A DNA stretch of 64,000 bases from the sequence record OP079919.1; one strand, given 5' to 3'. Below the pieces are notes generated by a model that was not told the origin of the DNA, made no database searches, and saw nothing but the letters and a program-made list of their open reading frames with translations. Made by a program: the position numbers and the translations under genes. Positions 54,369-64,000 of this stretch are shown here, piece after piece. Numbering within the stretch: the stretch's first letter is position 1; the number at the start of each line of letters is the position of its first letter. The stretch is from Klebsiella phage KPN8.

Positions 54369-56090
54369 TTATGCTACGAGTTTATTGTAAACTTTTTCGA
54401 TCTCAGTAATGGTCGGGAATCTATGAAGTGTGGTGCAGAGACTCAACGCATTTGCTTTAGGGCTGCTGGCGTAGTTGACTCCGACTTCCCTGAATTGGAA
54501 TCGGTTCAACCCTTCAATTTTACACGCTTCCATACGTGTTGTTTTATTTGATACGTTCAGCGCCACTGTCGCCGTAGGATAAGCACCAGTAACGTCGATA
54601 TCATCGGTCAAACCACGACCACGACTTCTGATACCCGGCATGCCGATAAAGAGCGCTTTACCCATGTCCTCGTTCTTTTCAGTCTCCAACAACGCAATCC
54701 AATCTTTAAGATCTGGTTTAAGATCATCAAGTTCATCTTTGCTTGTCGTTCCGCGAGTACCCCAAACGTAACCGTTATCTTTAGCAACAAAAGACAGTTC
54801 ATCGGAAATACATTTCGGCTGACTAGGGTAGTTAAAGAATTCAGACGATTTCAAAAGCATAGGTAACGAGAGACTTAAGTCGTCCGTCTTTTCGTTAAGT
54901 TCTTCTATCGTGATGTTATCTTTGATGTTGTATATGCAATATTCGAAGATATGATTCTTTTGCATATAACGGTGCCAGTCGGGAGAACCTGCTGGTAAGT
55001 GACTACCCGATTCGGTATAGAGTTTACCTTCTATCCCATTATCTTGAGCGGTGAATTCCAATCCATAAGAATCCTTCTTACCCTGAGGAGCACGTTTAAT
55101 CGCATAGAAGGATGCCGCATCCAACCATTGCCATGACGACATAGCTTGAACGGTAGGGAAACTTTCTTGCCACTCCAGAGGTTGTTTATCACCGTTCTCC
55201 TTGACCTTATGGGTTCTTCCTTTATTGAACCAATAATTTTGGAATTCCTCAGGAACATTCGGGTCGCTATAAACCGCAGCCGGATCAATGTTGTAAGCGA
55301 GTAACGCTTCCTCGTTCTTCTCCATATCGAACTTGGCGTTCCAAGACGCTATCCAATCCGGATGCCAATCGTGCCAACGTGCGACGTTACTTTCCACTAC
55401 TTGAGCTTGGTTGTCGAAGAGCTCCCAAATCACAGTCGCGTTACGTCGTTTTAAAACATCTCCTAATAATCGCTCAGCTTCAGATTCTAAAGTCTCGATA
55501 ATCTTCTTATCCGACATTCCATTAAAAATCCAACGAACTGCTGAGAAGTAAATCTTTTCTTTAAACGTGGTCGACGCCATAATGATAGAGTCATCATTAT
55601 TGTTGATCATGTTTGTTTCTACGTCATATGCCGCCGTAGTGTAAGATTCAGTTTCTTGGTATTTCGCCTGTGTTCTAAAATAGTAGTTCTTTATGAGTAC
55701 CGGAGTGGTTTGCTCACAACCGTAGACATATGGAGAGTTCTTCATAGTCAGCAGGTCGGCTTTTTTATCAGGCACGCCATAGAGGATTCGGCTGATATTC
55801 ATCGCCATACGAGCACGCGTGCTTTTATAACTATCGCATAATCGTTTGTCGATGTAGTCTTTCTTATCTTTAAACTTACGGAATTTTTCTTTCGTAATAT
55901 AAAAATCGACAACGAGATCAGGAATACCTATCAGCGAATCAGATCGAGATCCGTCTTCATGGACATTGGTTATTTTAACCAGGTTATAGTCTTTTAATTT
56001 GTCGTACCGCGATGTGCTGTAAGCAACTTTTTTACATACTTTTCCAATGATAGGAGAGTCATTTTTTTCTCCTGATCCTAGTGTAATCAT
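54369..56090 (-). CDS. family-B DNA polymerase, N-terminal fragment (3'-5' exonuclease plus polymerase motif A)
   Basis: Exo I-like AYDVETNM, Exo II-like YCIYNIKDNITIEEL, and motif-A-like DDIDVTGAYPTATV (DxxSLYPS). No motif C (DTDS) in this ORF, so the remainder is probably encoded by a separate gene. Confidence 0.5.
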   Translation of the reverse strand: MITLGSGEKNDSPIIGKVCKKVAYSTSRYDKLKDYNLVKITNVHEDGSRSDSLIGIPDLVVDFYITKEKFRKFKDKKDYIDKRLCDSYKSTRARMAMNISRILYGVPDKKADLLTMKNSPYVYGCEQTTPVLIKNYYFRTQAKYQETESYTTAAYDVETNMINNNDDSIIMASTTFKEKIYFSAVRWIFNGMSDKKIIETLESEAERLLGDVLKRRNATVIWELFDNQAQVVESNVARWHDWHPDWIASWNAKFDMEKNEEALLAYNIDPAAVYSDPNVPEEFQNYWFNKGRTHKVKENGDKQPLEWQESFPTVQAMSSWQWLDAASFYAIKRAPQGKKDSYGLEFTAQDNGIEGKLYTESGSHLPAGSPDWHRYMQKNHIFEYCIYNIKDNITIEELNEKTDDLSLSLPMLLKSSEFFNYPSQPKCISDELSFVAKDNGYVWGTRGTTSKDELDDLKPDLKDWIALLETEKNEDMGKALFIGMPGIRSRGRGLTDDIDVTGAYPTATVALNVSNKTTRMEACKIEGLNRFQFREVGVNYASSPKANALSLCTTLHRFPTITEIEKVYNKLVA

Positions 56091-56168
56091 GGGCTCACCA
56101 CATTTTATGAATGTTGAAGTTCTCTAAACAATTACGCTTATAGTTATTTTTAACAGAGGCCTTATTAA

Positions 56169-57494
56169 ATGATTGACGTCAGTTTTCTCCGTCCTGCTAA
56201 GGTGGGTGGGATGGAGTTTATGGATTTCCAATACACCAATTTCTTCGACGAACTCAGCAGGGCCTTTGATGACGTAATTGTCGAGGGTGAATTAAAGGAA
56301 ATTCCTGATGAGGTTCTTGGGCTTGTGCGCAAGTATACCGGATTTAGCAATATCGAAATTAATTTGGTAGAGGTGGGCAATCTTGCTATTGAAGCCGGGT
56401 ATTTAAATCCCAATAATGTGTTCAATATTGAGAATATTGAAAAATATCTTCCTCGGTCTGAGTCTACTTTGTACCGTTGGTTCACCGGAAATAAACAAAC
56501 GTTCTTTAAAGGTACAATAGATTATCAAACGGGATCCGTTGGCGGTGCTTACGCCGAACTACCCTTCCGCCTATTTGTTAATTCCCGCCTTAATACGTTT
56601 TTATCCAAATCGTTCCTGGACAAGTACAAGGCTAGTCAAGGTCAGGCGTTAGCCGCTGCATTTATTCATGAGTTGGGCCACGCATTTGGCGCGATCATGA
56701 TGATCCATCAATCCGTTTACGATGCCATCACCGTAAGAACAGCGGTTGATTTCTTTACTCGAGCTAAAACGCCTAAAGATCGCGTTACCGTAATAAAGGA
56801 CGGTTACCGGTTACTCGACCCAGATGCTAAATCCGATCAGAAAATCGAAAGCGAAATCGCGAACGCCGAAGACGGTAATGAATTCGTTATTTTTCTGTCC
56901 AAGATAGCCTCGCAACGTAACCTCAAACGCAGTTTAAGCTTGGGCGTCACTAAGATGAACTCTGAGGTTGTTGCGGACGCTTATTCGGTCAGAATGGGGT
57001 GCGGACGATCTCTTGCCGTGGCAATAGGGTCAATAACTAAGAACAGTCATTTAGGTCAGCTAGTACTTACTTTGCTGTTGTCCCTCATGACTGCGTTTTA
57101 CAGCGCTTCTCTTTCTCTTACCGTCGGCGGTATCATGGGCGTCGGCGCCCTAGTAGTCTTCTCCTTGCTTTTTTACATGGGTAACAATACGCCGGATGTC
57201 TATAATTCAGAACACCGTAGAATGACCGACATTCTTACTCAGATGATCGGCAAGCTGAAAGATAATAAATTTATTTCAGCTCAAGATAAACAAAAGTACT
57301 TGGGTCAGATTATCGAAACTCAGAAACTCATTGATGAGAACAAACCCTTCATTGAGGGTTCCGTTTTCCAATCGATGTGGATGTGGTTAAAGAGCGGATC
57401 CGATGCTAAGTTAACCAATATCGAACATTATACTTCGCTTATTGCTAACAGCAAAACGAATGTATTGTCAGAACAATTTAATTCCCTTTCCTAG
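56169..57494 (+). CDS. putative membrane-anchored zinc metallopeptidase
   Basis: HExxH motif IHELGHAFG. Two predicted TM segments near the C-terminus (LVLTLLLSLMTAFYSASLSL, GIMGVGALVVFSLLFYM). SD AGAGG. Confidence 0.5.
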   Translation: MIDVSFLRPAKVGGMEFMDFQYTNFFDELSRAFDDVIVEGELKEIPDEVLGLVRKYTGFSNIEINLVEVGNLAIEAGYLNPNNVFNIENIEKYLPRSESTLYRWFTGNKQTFFKGTIDYQTGSVGGAYAELPFRLFVNSRLNTFLSKSFLDKYKASQGQALAAAFIHELGHAFGAIMMIHQSVYDAITVRTAVDFFTRAKTPKDRVTVIKDGYRLLDPDAKSDQKIESEIANAEDGNEFVIFLSKIASQRNLKRSLSLGVTKMNSEVVADAYSVRMGCGRSLAVAIGSITKNSHLGQLVLTLLLSLMTAFYSASLSLTVGGIMGVGALVVFSLLFYMGNNTPDVYNSEHRRMTDILTQMIGKLKDNKFISAQDKQKYLGQIIETQKLIDENKPFIEGSVFQSMWMWLKSGSDAKLTNIEHYTSLIANSKTNVLSEQFNSLS

Positions 57495-57503
57495 AGGTAT
57501 GAC

Positions 57504-57902
57504 ATGTCACATTTAGCCCACACCATCACCCTGAAGAGCAAACTCTTAGAGTTGGGGGTTACTGACCCTGCGGATCAAAAACGTATTGTTGAGAACGCTT
57601 ATGTTCGTGCGCTGGTAAAATACCTGTTTACCTACAAATATGTTTTCTCCGGATACACCGAAGAAGTCGAATCCAATATTTACCGCCGTCTGGCCAAGTG
57701 GAATGAGATCTCGCCTATTAACGGCCCTTTCATTGTCGAGAAACTCAAAGCGATCGTTCGCAATCTGAAAAACGAAGCGCTGGCTGGCGGTCAGTTCACC
57801 CCAATTAAAAACGCGAACGAAACTTTCGATGAACTGAGTTCGGAAGAGTTTATCAAATTGATGGACTGGTTGTTCGGAGAGATGGTGACCGGTAATGACT
57901 GA
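57504..57902 (+). CDS. hypothetical protein
   Basis: SD GAGG. 132 aa. Confidence 0.55.
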   Translation: MSHLAHTITLKSKLLELGVTDPADQKRIVENAYVRALVKYLFTYKYVFSGYTEEVESNIYRRLAKWNEISPINGPFIVEKLKAIVRNLKNEALAGGQFTPIKNANETFDELSSEEFIKLMDWLFGEMVTGND

Positions 57903-59400
57903 TAAAAAAGATCCTGTTGTTACCACCTATCCTTTAATTGGAGAAGGTGGTAAAGTGGTCCCGGGAGACCAAGAAGAACAATTGATCGATCTCGACGCCG
58001 CCTACAAGAAGACAGGTGAAACGAAAACCAATGAGCTTGTAGAAGGCCTGGAGCGTTACATCAACCAAAAAATTCTCGGTAAACGGGAAATGGAATTAGC
58101 TGGAGTTAAAGGAGGGGAGAATTTTGATCCCCTCCCATCCAGACGTAATGCCGTGTTGGGAGGAGAATCTTTCCTCACCGCTGTAAAAGACGGTTTTTTG
58201 AAGATCATTGATTTCATTATCAAGTTTATCAAAGGCGCAGTTAACTGGGTTATCGAACGCATTAAAGTCTTACTGGGCTTTAGTAAGACAAAGGCCGAGA
58301 TTAAAGCCTGCGAAGACGCCAGATCTGATATGGAGAAAGAGGTCAAATCCACCCTGTCTGGATTCGGAATCAACCCTTCTTTCTACAGCCTGGATCAGCT
58401 GGTTGAATCCGCGCCTCGTGGTATCGATCGGGTCGAAATGATTAAATACCTTTCAGCCAAATCTAAAAACGAAACCGAGATGGCGAAAGCACTCACTGGT
58501 GTTATTCCTGACCTGACAACACTGACCCGTAAGTTAAGAGATTCTTCCGATAGCTTGACTAAACGGTACAAGCGATTCAAAGTTGTTCTGGAAGACACCC
58601 GTAAGAAATTGGCCGCTAATAGAGTTGGAGATGCTGACGCTTACGAGCTGTCTAAAGCCATCAAAGACGTTATGGTCATTTCCGAAGACTATGGAGATGT
58701 GGTCGCTTCTTTGTCTGCGGTTGTATCTAAACTGTATGGGGTTAATCTCGATGACTCTAAAATCCTTAAAGAGGGATTTGGTGTTCTACGAGAAAATATC
58801 GCCCGAAATCGTGCGGTTGCAACCAGTAAGCTCAATCCGGAAAAACTGACCGGTCTTTACGCTGAAATCGGAACGTTAAATAACCGGATTATTTCTGAAT
58901 CGGGTAATACGTTCGATTTATCTCACGTCGACACTAAAGTTCTAAAAGAAGTGGTCTCTTTGGATGACGCCAATTTCATCAATAATTTATCTGATGTGGT
59001 CGGTAATCGTCAACTCATTGCAGACTATCAGGCTATGGCTGTTTCCGTCAGGGACTTTACTGCGATTCTGGAATCGTCTTCTGCTATTTGCGCTGACATC
59101 TCCCGTGAAATTGCCAACTTCACTAAGTGGAAAAATAACGTGGATATGTACCTAGCGGTAGCGGTCACAGAAGATCTTAAACTGATCGCTTCTACACTGA
59201 TCGCTTCTGCGGGAGCCGGGGAATATGATCTCGACAAGTTAGGTAAGAGCAAACCTGTTGTTCTACCTGAACCTGGCCTGGTCAAGAAGACCGGTTTGAT
59301 CACCCAGGAAATTCTCGACGCCGATCTCCATGGTGTTACTACCGCTGTTAACAATTTTGCGAAAACTGCGGGACTCAACGTGAGGGTTAAACCACGATGA
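57895..59400 (+). CDS. hypothetical protein (501 aa)
   Basis: Overlapping start (GTAATGACTGA). Confidence 0.6.
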   Translation: MTDKKDPVVTTYPLIGEGGKVVPGDQEEQLIDLDAAYKKTGETKTNELVEGLERYINQKILGKREMELAGVKGGENFDPLPSRRNAVLGGESFLTAVKDGFLKIIDFIIKFIKGAVNWVIERIKVLLGFSKTKAEIKACEDARSDMEKEVKSTLSGFGINPSFYSLDQLVESAPRGIDRVEMIKYLSAKSKNETEMAKALTGVIPDLTTLTRKLRDSSDSLTKRYKRFKVVLEDTRKKLAANRVGDADAYELSKAIKDVMVISEDYGDVVASLSAVVSKLYGVNLDDSKILKEGFGVLRENIARNRAVATSKLNPEKLTGLYAEIGTLNNRIISESGNTFDLSHVDTKVLKEVVSLDDANFINNLSDVVGNRQLIADYQAMAVSVRDFTAILESSSAICADISREIANFTKWKNNVDMYLAVAVTEDLKLIASTLIASAGAGEYDLDKLGKSKPVVLPEPGLVKKTGLITQEILDADLHGVTTAVNNFAKTAGLNVRVKPR

Positions 59401-60077
59401 ACGAAACCCTAGAAAAATTGCTGAGTAACGCGCTGACCCATGACAGCGATTGGGAAGCTGACGCTCAACAATTTAAAGAAGGTATAAAGGAGATTCATCA
59501 GCTCCTGGAACGTCGACTGGATGCCAAGCTTCTGATGGAAGCTCTCGCTTTCTTCGATGCGTGTGAAGAAACGATTATCGACGTAAGAGCCAGGATGGTA
59601 ACAGGTCCTTCTAAAGTCAATAACGATCTTTTCTATAATTTCTGTAAATTTAAATACACGCAGAAAATTATGGGGATCTCAGTATTGGCGGACGGCGTTT
59701 TAGTCGCTAAGGATTTCGATACCGCTATTGGTGCGATGGTTGATGATTTGTTTAAATCGCTTAATCAATCCACTGATAACGATCGTTTCCATAAAGCGAT
59801 TTGTCTTCGTCGTGATGTGAAACGACTTAAGATTGCACTGGAAGATCCGTATACGTTTAATCTCGGTGTGGATTGGACAGCCATTGAACCAAAAGAAGAT
59901 TACATTGAAGACTCGACAGATCTTGACTTCCTGAAAGAATCGAGGGAACGTCTTGCCGTCAATGAAACATCTTACGAGTTCTGGGCGATCGAAAATCGTA
60001 TCCGTCAAATCACGTCGGAGAATTACATTCGTCGTTCGTTCTTAGAACGTCTTGGTCTTTACTACAAAAAAGATTAA
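59397..60077 (+). CDS. hypothetical protein
   Basis: ATGA overlap with the previous gene. 226 aa. Confidence 0.6.
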   Translation: MNETLEKLLSNALTHDSDWEADAQQFKEGIKEIHQLLERRLDAKLLMEALAFFDACEETIIDVRARMVTGPSKVNNDLFYNFCKFKYTQKIMGISVLADGVLVAKDFDTAIGAMVDDLFKSLNQSTDNDRFHKAICLRRDVKRLKIALEDPYTFNLGVDWTAIEPKEDYIEDSTDLDFLKESRERLAVNETSYEFWAIENRIRQITSENYIRRSFLERLGLYYKKD

Positions 60078-60083
60078 TGTTAA

Positions 60084-60115
60084 ATACTCCTCCTACCCTA
60101 GGGTAGGAGGAGTAT
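60084..60115. terminator. bidirectional terminator (perfect 32-nt palindrome)
   Basis: ATACTCCTCCTACCC-TA-GGGTAGGAGGAGTAT between convergent genes. Confidence 0.75.
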
Positions 60116-60118
60116 AGT

Positions 60119-63034
60119 TTAGGATTTATGCAATTTAAAGTTTAAAGTAATATCTTCAGCAATTGTCAACAACGTGTTATTGTTGTTGTTCAACACTTTA
60201 CGAATACTGAACCCAGTTGTAGCATCTTTGTTACTAATGACATCAATGCTGGTAGAACCCGCAAACGATTCCAGTTTTATATCAACCACATCGTCACCAG
60301 AAATATCTTTAAGTGCGGAGATAAGACTGGAGTTAGAAATGGTTGAGTTGGCCAGCATGTTGTTGATAGTCTCAGGATATGTGTTAGCGAGACTGGTCTG
60401 CAACGCATCCGACTCATACCCATTTTTGGTTAAGTAAACCGTAATGGAGAAACTGAGATCGCTCCTAATCGTCGTTTCGATATCAGCGTTGATGATGACA
60501 TCGATATTCCCGATCTTAGCTTTAGGAAGAAACTTAACTTTGGTTTCGTCCAGGCTTCGATTGTTAATCGCTGTCATATCTTGCTTGATATTATCAGTCA
60601 GATAGGTTTTGGTCGACTCATCGAAATCTTTATCGTACGTATCGGTCGTGAAGAAGTAAGAGCCATCAAACCCTAAGAAGTCGAAGCTGTACTGCAGCTT
60701 CCTAGGTTCAACTTCCACGTTGTTACCGTCGGCGTCTTTAACAAAATCGCCGATGAGATATTTGTACGTCGGATTGCCCTGAGCGTCCAGAATAGGGTCA
60801 CCTTTCTTATGCAAGAAGATCGGAAGACCATCATTGCCTAAAACCAGTTTCCCTTCGGCATCACGCTGAGGATAATCTTTATCATAAGTATCCGGAACGT
60901 TATAAGTGTACTTCTGATAACGTGCGTCGCCAGTGATCGGTCGGATACGAGTGTACATGTAATCGAGGCTCTGCCCCAGAGTAATGTTCCACTGCGTTTC
61001 GATAATCGCTTGCATATCAGCAGAGAAAAGACTAGAGGCGATTTTGTTGTCGCTATCTGATCTGTTCGTTGCATCATCAGTAGTTTTTAACAGAAGGAAA
61101 CTGAATGCGTTAGTCAGACTACTTGGGATATTATTTGCGTCCGCGTCGTACTGAGTCAGGTTGTTAAGATAAAGCAAATCGTTGTTATCGATGTCAAAGT
61201 TGCTCGATAACACAAACTGCCAAATCCTTTCACCGGAACTGTTGACCCCTACCAATTCACCCTTAACAGATGCGAGCGCTGCTGCGTTAGCTGGGGTGAA
61301 ACAGAGTTGTGCTCCGACCTCACTATCCTCCAAAGCCTTGTACTCTTTACCAGACTTACAAACAAGAGTAAAGACGTAGCCCGTTTTCGTTACGGAGACG
61401 TTAATACTTGATACACCGAGCTCTATCCCCAGGTTGGTGTTCTCGTATAAGAATCTCTGGTAGTTACCGGTAGGAGAATCCATCCGGTACATTCTTAACG
61501 ACGCTTGATTGTCGGTAAGATCCATGACGTAATGGAACGGAGTGTAAACCAACGCATTCCCATTGACGTAGTTGGAAATAGCCTCAAACCCGGAATTCTG
61601 GATAGCGGTTAATTCCGTTAAGGGAACTATCCTGGTCGTCGTTTTCGAAATATCGAATACCGTCCTGCTCGGTATAGTGATCCGTTCGCCATTGTCAAAC
61701 ACCATTCCTGTCGCTACCAAATCTTCGGCACTTTGCAGAATCGATCCGATGTAGGTGTTCATGCTAGAAACCATCCCGTCTTTATTAGACTGAGCAGGAA
61801 GATCTCTGGATGCCTTGTACAAGCGATTGGTGATGTAATCAATGGAAAGTACTTCGTCGTAACCACGGTCTTCAATATTGTAAGAATATTGATTAGGGGT
61901 AATCGGTAAACTATCTCGGCGATTACCGTAGATGGCCGCCCGACGAACACTTTCAAAACTACGAGGATTCGCCCCACCCGTTACAGCGTTCACGGTAATC
62001 CAGGCTTGGTTATTCGCTTCCAACAACGGCGAGGAGTATACGCCCAATTGGTTGTTGTCGTAATTATAGTCGAGATATTCCGGTGTGTGATCTGCAACAC
62101 TGATCGTTTTAAGATCCTGTTCGTAATAACCGACCGTCGTATAAACGTACAACGCGATCTTACCTACGCCCAACCCGCTCGTTATATACGCAACCGGAAC
62201 TTCATAGGTAAACGAACCGTTATCATTATCCAGGGAGATAACCAAAGTCGGCACAGTCGTATCGAAGTTGGCTTTGTTGTAGCTAATAGCCATCTCGGCA
62301 GTGCTGCCGTCTGAATAAGTGATAAAGGCACGGATGGCGTAAAGATAGTTACTGAAATAAAAGGTGTCTTTAGCCAAGCCGGAGGCTGCCGTTGTCGCGA
62401 TATTGAACTTAGGTGTGTTGTTCAATTGACGAACAGGAACGAGGATGCGGAGGAACTTAACGTTGCTGATAACAACGTAGTCGGTATCCAGTACGTTCTC
62501 TGAAATTGGATTGAGCGGATTGTTGACAGTTGAATCATAAACAACGCTATGGCCGCCATGTTCCATTAAACGAATTTCGAAACCGTTTTCAATACTGAAG
62601 TAAGTGGAGTTAACCAGAATTCGAGTATCTTTAGGAACCAGCAGTTTCCGATATTTGTTTACTACCGCGCCGTCTTCTTCCTGGTATTCGACAGCCAGAC
62701 GTTTTATCTCACTCACCGGAATAAGATAAGCCATCGTTGTACTGCTAGGGACCCCGAGCAAACCGTACCATTCTTCATCAGATAGGTTACGGCTGAGATC
62801 AGACATGTTCCTCGCCTGGTTTTTATACATCTGAGCAGCTGCGTCACTATGACGACTCAGCAAAGTATATGCCTCGCCCACGATCATATCCATAGCTGTG
62901 ATAAATGGATGCGTGGGGCTGTTAAAGGCGATGTTTTTACCTGACCATGCTTCTTCGATCATGGAGAGTACATTAGGAATAACTCGAGTGGGGTTATTCG
63001 ATATTTTTTCTAAGTCGGAGTAGGAATAACTCAT
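60119..63034 (-). CDS. hypothetical large protein (971 aa), putative virion structural protein
   Basis: Long ORF that overlaps the upstream gene start by 4 nt. No motif recognised. Confidence 0.6.
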   Translation of the reverse strand: MSYSYSDLEKISNNPTRVIPNVLSMIEEAWSGKNIAFNSPTHPFITAMDMIVGEAYTLLSRHSDAAAQMYKNQARNMSDLSRNLSDEEWYGLLGVPSSTTMAYLIPVSEIKRLAVEYQEEDGAVVNKYRKLLVPKDTRILVNSTYFSIENGFEIRLMEHGGHSVVYDSTVNNPLNPISENVLDTDYVVISNVKFLRILVPVRQLNNTPKFNIATTAASGLAKDTFYFSNYLYAIRAFITYSDGSTAEMAISYNKANFDTTVPTLVISLDNDNGSFTYEVPVAYITSGLGVGKIALYVYTTVGYYEQDLKTISVADHTPEYLDYNYDNNQLGVYSSPLLEANNQAWITVNAVTGGANPRSFESVRRAAIYGNRRDSLPITPNQYSYNIEDRGYDEVLSIDYITNRLYKASRDLPAQSNKDGMVSSMNTYIGSILQSAEDLVATGMVFDNGERITIPSRTVFDISKTTTRIVPLTELTAIQNSGFEAISNYVNGNALVYTPFHYVMDLTDNQASLRMYRMDSPTGNYQRFLYENTNLGIELGVSSINVSVTKTGYVFTLVCKSGKEYKALEDSEVGAQLCFTPANAAALASVKGELVGVNSSGERIWQFVLSSNFDIDNNDLLYLNNLTQYDADANNIPSSLTNAFSFLLLKTTDDATNRSDSDNKIASSLFSADMQAIIETQWNITLGQSLDYMYTRIRPITGDARYQKYTYNVPDTYDKDYPQRDAEGKLVLGNDGLPIFLHKKGDPILDAQGNPTYKYLIGDFVKDADGNNVEVEPRKLQYSFDFLGFDGSYFFTTDTYDKDFDESTKTYLTDNIKQDMTAINNRSLDETKVKFLPKAKIGNIDVIINADIETTIRSDLSFSITVYLTKNGYESDALQTSLANTYPETINNMLANSTISNSSLISALKDISGDDVVDIKLESFAGSTSIDVISNKDATTGFSIRKVLNNNNNTLLTIAEDITLNFKLHKS

Positions 63035-64000
63035 TTAGCAGTCCACCATTCTAATTCCATGGTACTTAAGTTTATCCAAGGATAAACGTTGTATTGTTTT
63101 TCTAAGAATTCACTAGGTTGTATTTGACGATAGTAAGAGGAACGCTGGTCATCACCCATGTTCGGATTAAAGAATACGGTAGCACCATTAAATCCGTCAA
63201 CGACCTCAAATGTATCGAACCTCGCCCCAACACTACTGAACTGAATTGTCAGTTCATCTTGTCCTTGACCGCGTCTGACAGTACTCTCGTTATCAATCGC
63301 TGACATAGCACCCATGGGGTAAGTCACGGGGATGGATTGAACTGTCATGTACATGCTTTCTATATTTCGTAAGTTTTTGTTCATAATGAAATGATAGATG
63401 CGACAGTCGAAATCCCAGTAGTTACCGGCCAGCGCCTCAAGAGAAGGCTCCATCTCATTATCACCTAATCTCACTTCGGGAATATAGCTTTCCCAAGTTT
63501 GGAAGATATAGGGAATAATACCTGGTTTTGGATTATAGAACGTCGTATTGATCGTCAGTGGTCCGTTCTCATCCAAAATGCCAACGGGAGCCTGATGGAC
63601 CTCGTTACGAATTCCTGGATTGCTTTTCCTGACTTCTAAATCTAAATCAGGGAACCCGTTACTGGCTTTACATAAGTTAGTTAGCGGCGCAATCCAGGCT
63701 AATTTATTGTCGAGATCCGGATGCGGATAAAGGTTAGCTGAGCGATAATCCAATAACCCCCTGACATAAGCAGGAAGGCTATCAGTTTGTGCTTTATAGA
63801 AAGGGGCGAATCGAGGAGATTTTACAACGTTATCGTCTTCGAGATTTAAAACAGGGCGGGTGACGAAAAATAATCCTATGACGTTGTCTGCAATAGGCGT
63901 CATCTGTACGCCTGGTCCCAGAATACGGATTCCCTTTAAAGTATTTGCGAGGGGTGATGTATAGGAGGAACCTCCATTTGCTGTAAACACATCATCAAAG
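63031..64000 (-). CDS. hypothetical protein (partial; 5' end beyond the window)
   Basis: The frame stays open to position 64000 (…FDDVFTANGGSSY). The in-window GTG at 63990 is probably not the true start. Confidence 0.55.
   Translation of the reverse strand, partial: FDDVFTANGGSSYTSPLANTLKGIRILGPGVQMTPIADNVIGLFFVTRPVLNLEDDNVVKSPRFAPFYKAQTDSLPAYVRGLLDYRSANLYPHPDLDNKLAWIAPLTNLCKASNGFPDLDLEVRKSNPGIRNEVHQAPVGILDENGPLTINTTFYNPKPGIIPYIFQTWESYIPEVRLGDNEMEPSLEALAGNYWDFDCRIYHFIMNKNLRNIESMYMTVQSIPVTYPMGAMSAIDNESTVRRGQGQDELTIQFSSVGARFDTFEVVDGFNGATVFFNPNMGDDQRSSYYRQIQPSEFLEKQYNVYPWINLSTMELEWWTAK

Overview
This 64-kb window is a segment of a large (jumbo-type) tailed dsDNA phage genome. It is most consistent with a phiKZ-like, nucleus-forming (Chimalliviridae-like) lineage, and several strongly expressed genes have enterobacterial-style codon bias; both points are inferences. 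The window encodes pieces of a split multisubunit RNA polymerase: a beta-prime N-terminal fragment with the NADFDGD catalytic loop, a beta C-terminal fragment, a beta-prime C-terminal fragment with a trigger-loop-like segment, and a further beta-prime-like paralog fragment on the opposite strand. It also encodes a PhuZ-like tubulin, an N-terminal fragment of a family-B DNA polymerase, a thymidylate kinase, an SF2 helicase, an Mre11/SbcD-like phosphoesterase, a ~670-aa strongly codon-biased putative major capsid protein, and a large terminase whose P-loop is interrupted by a 349-aa LAGLIDADG intein. There are about 80 ORFs, mostly on the + strand, in compact operons with ATGA/TAATG start-stop overlaps and a recurring family of GC-hairpin terminators. 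The most striking non-coding signals are two. One is a textbook type I hammerhead ribozyme at 18101-18172 inside a ~0.85-kb ORF-free, hairpin-rich locus. The other is a 1.1-kb extremely AT-rich divergent intergenic region (15967-17109) carrying three GC palindromic islands with shared CGCGTGCG arms, an alternating purine-pyrimidine tract and short direct repeats, which I treat as a candidate origin or regulatory hub. No rRNA, tRNA or CRISPR array could be supported by eye. Most products are hypothetical; calls rest on motifs I could read directly.
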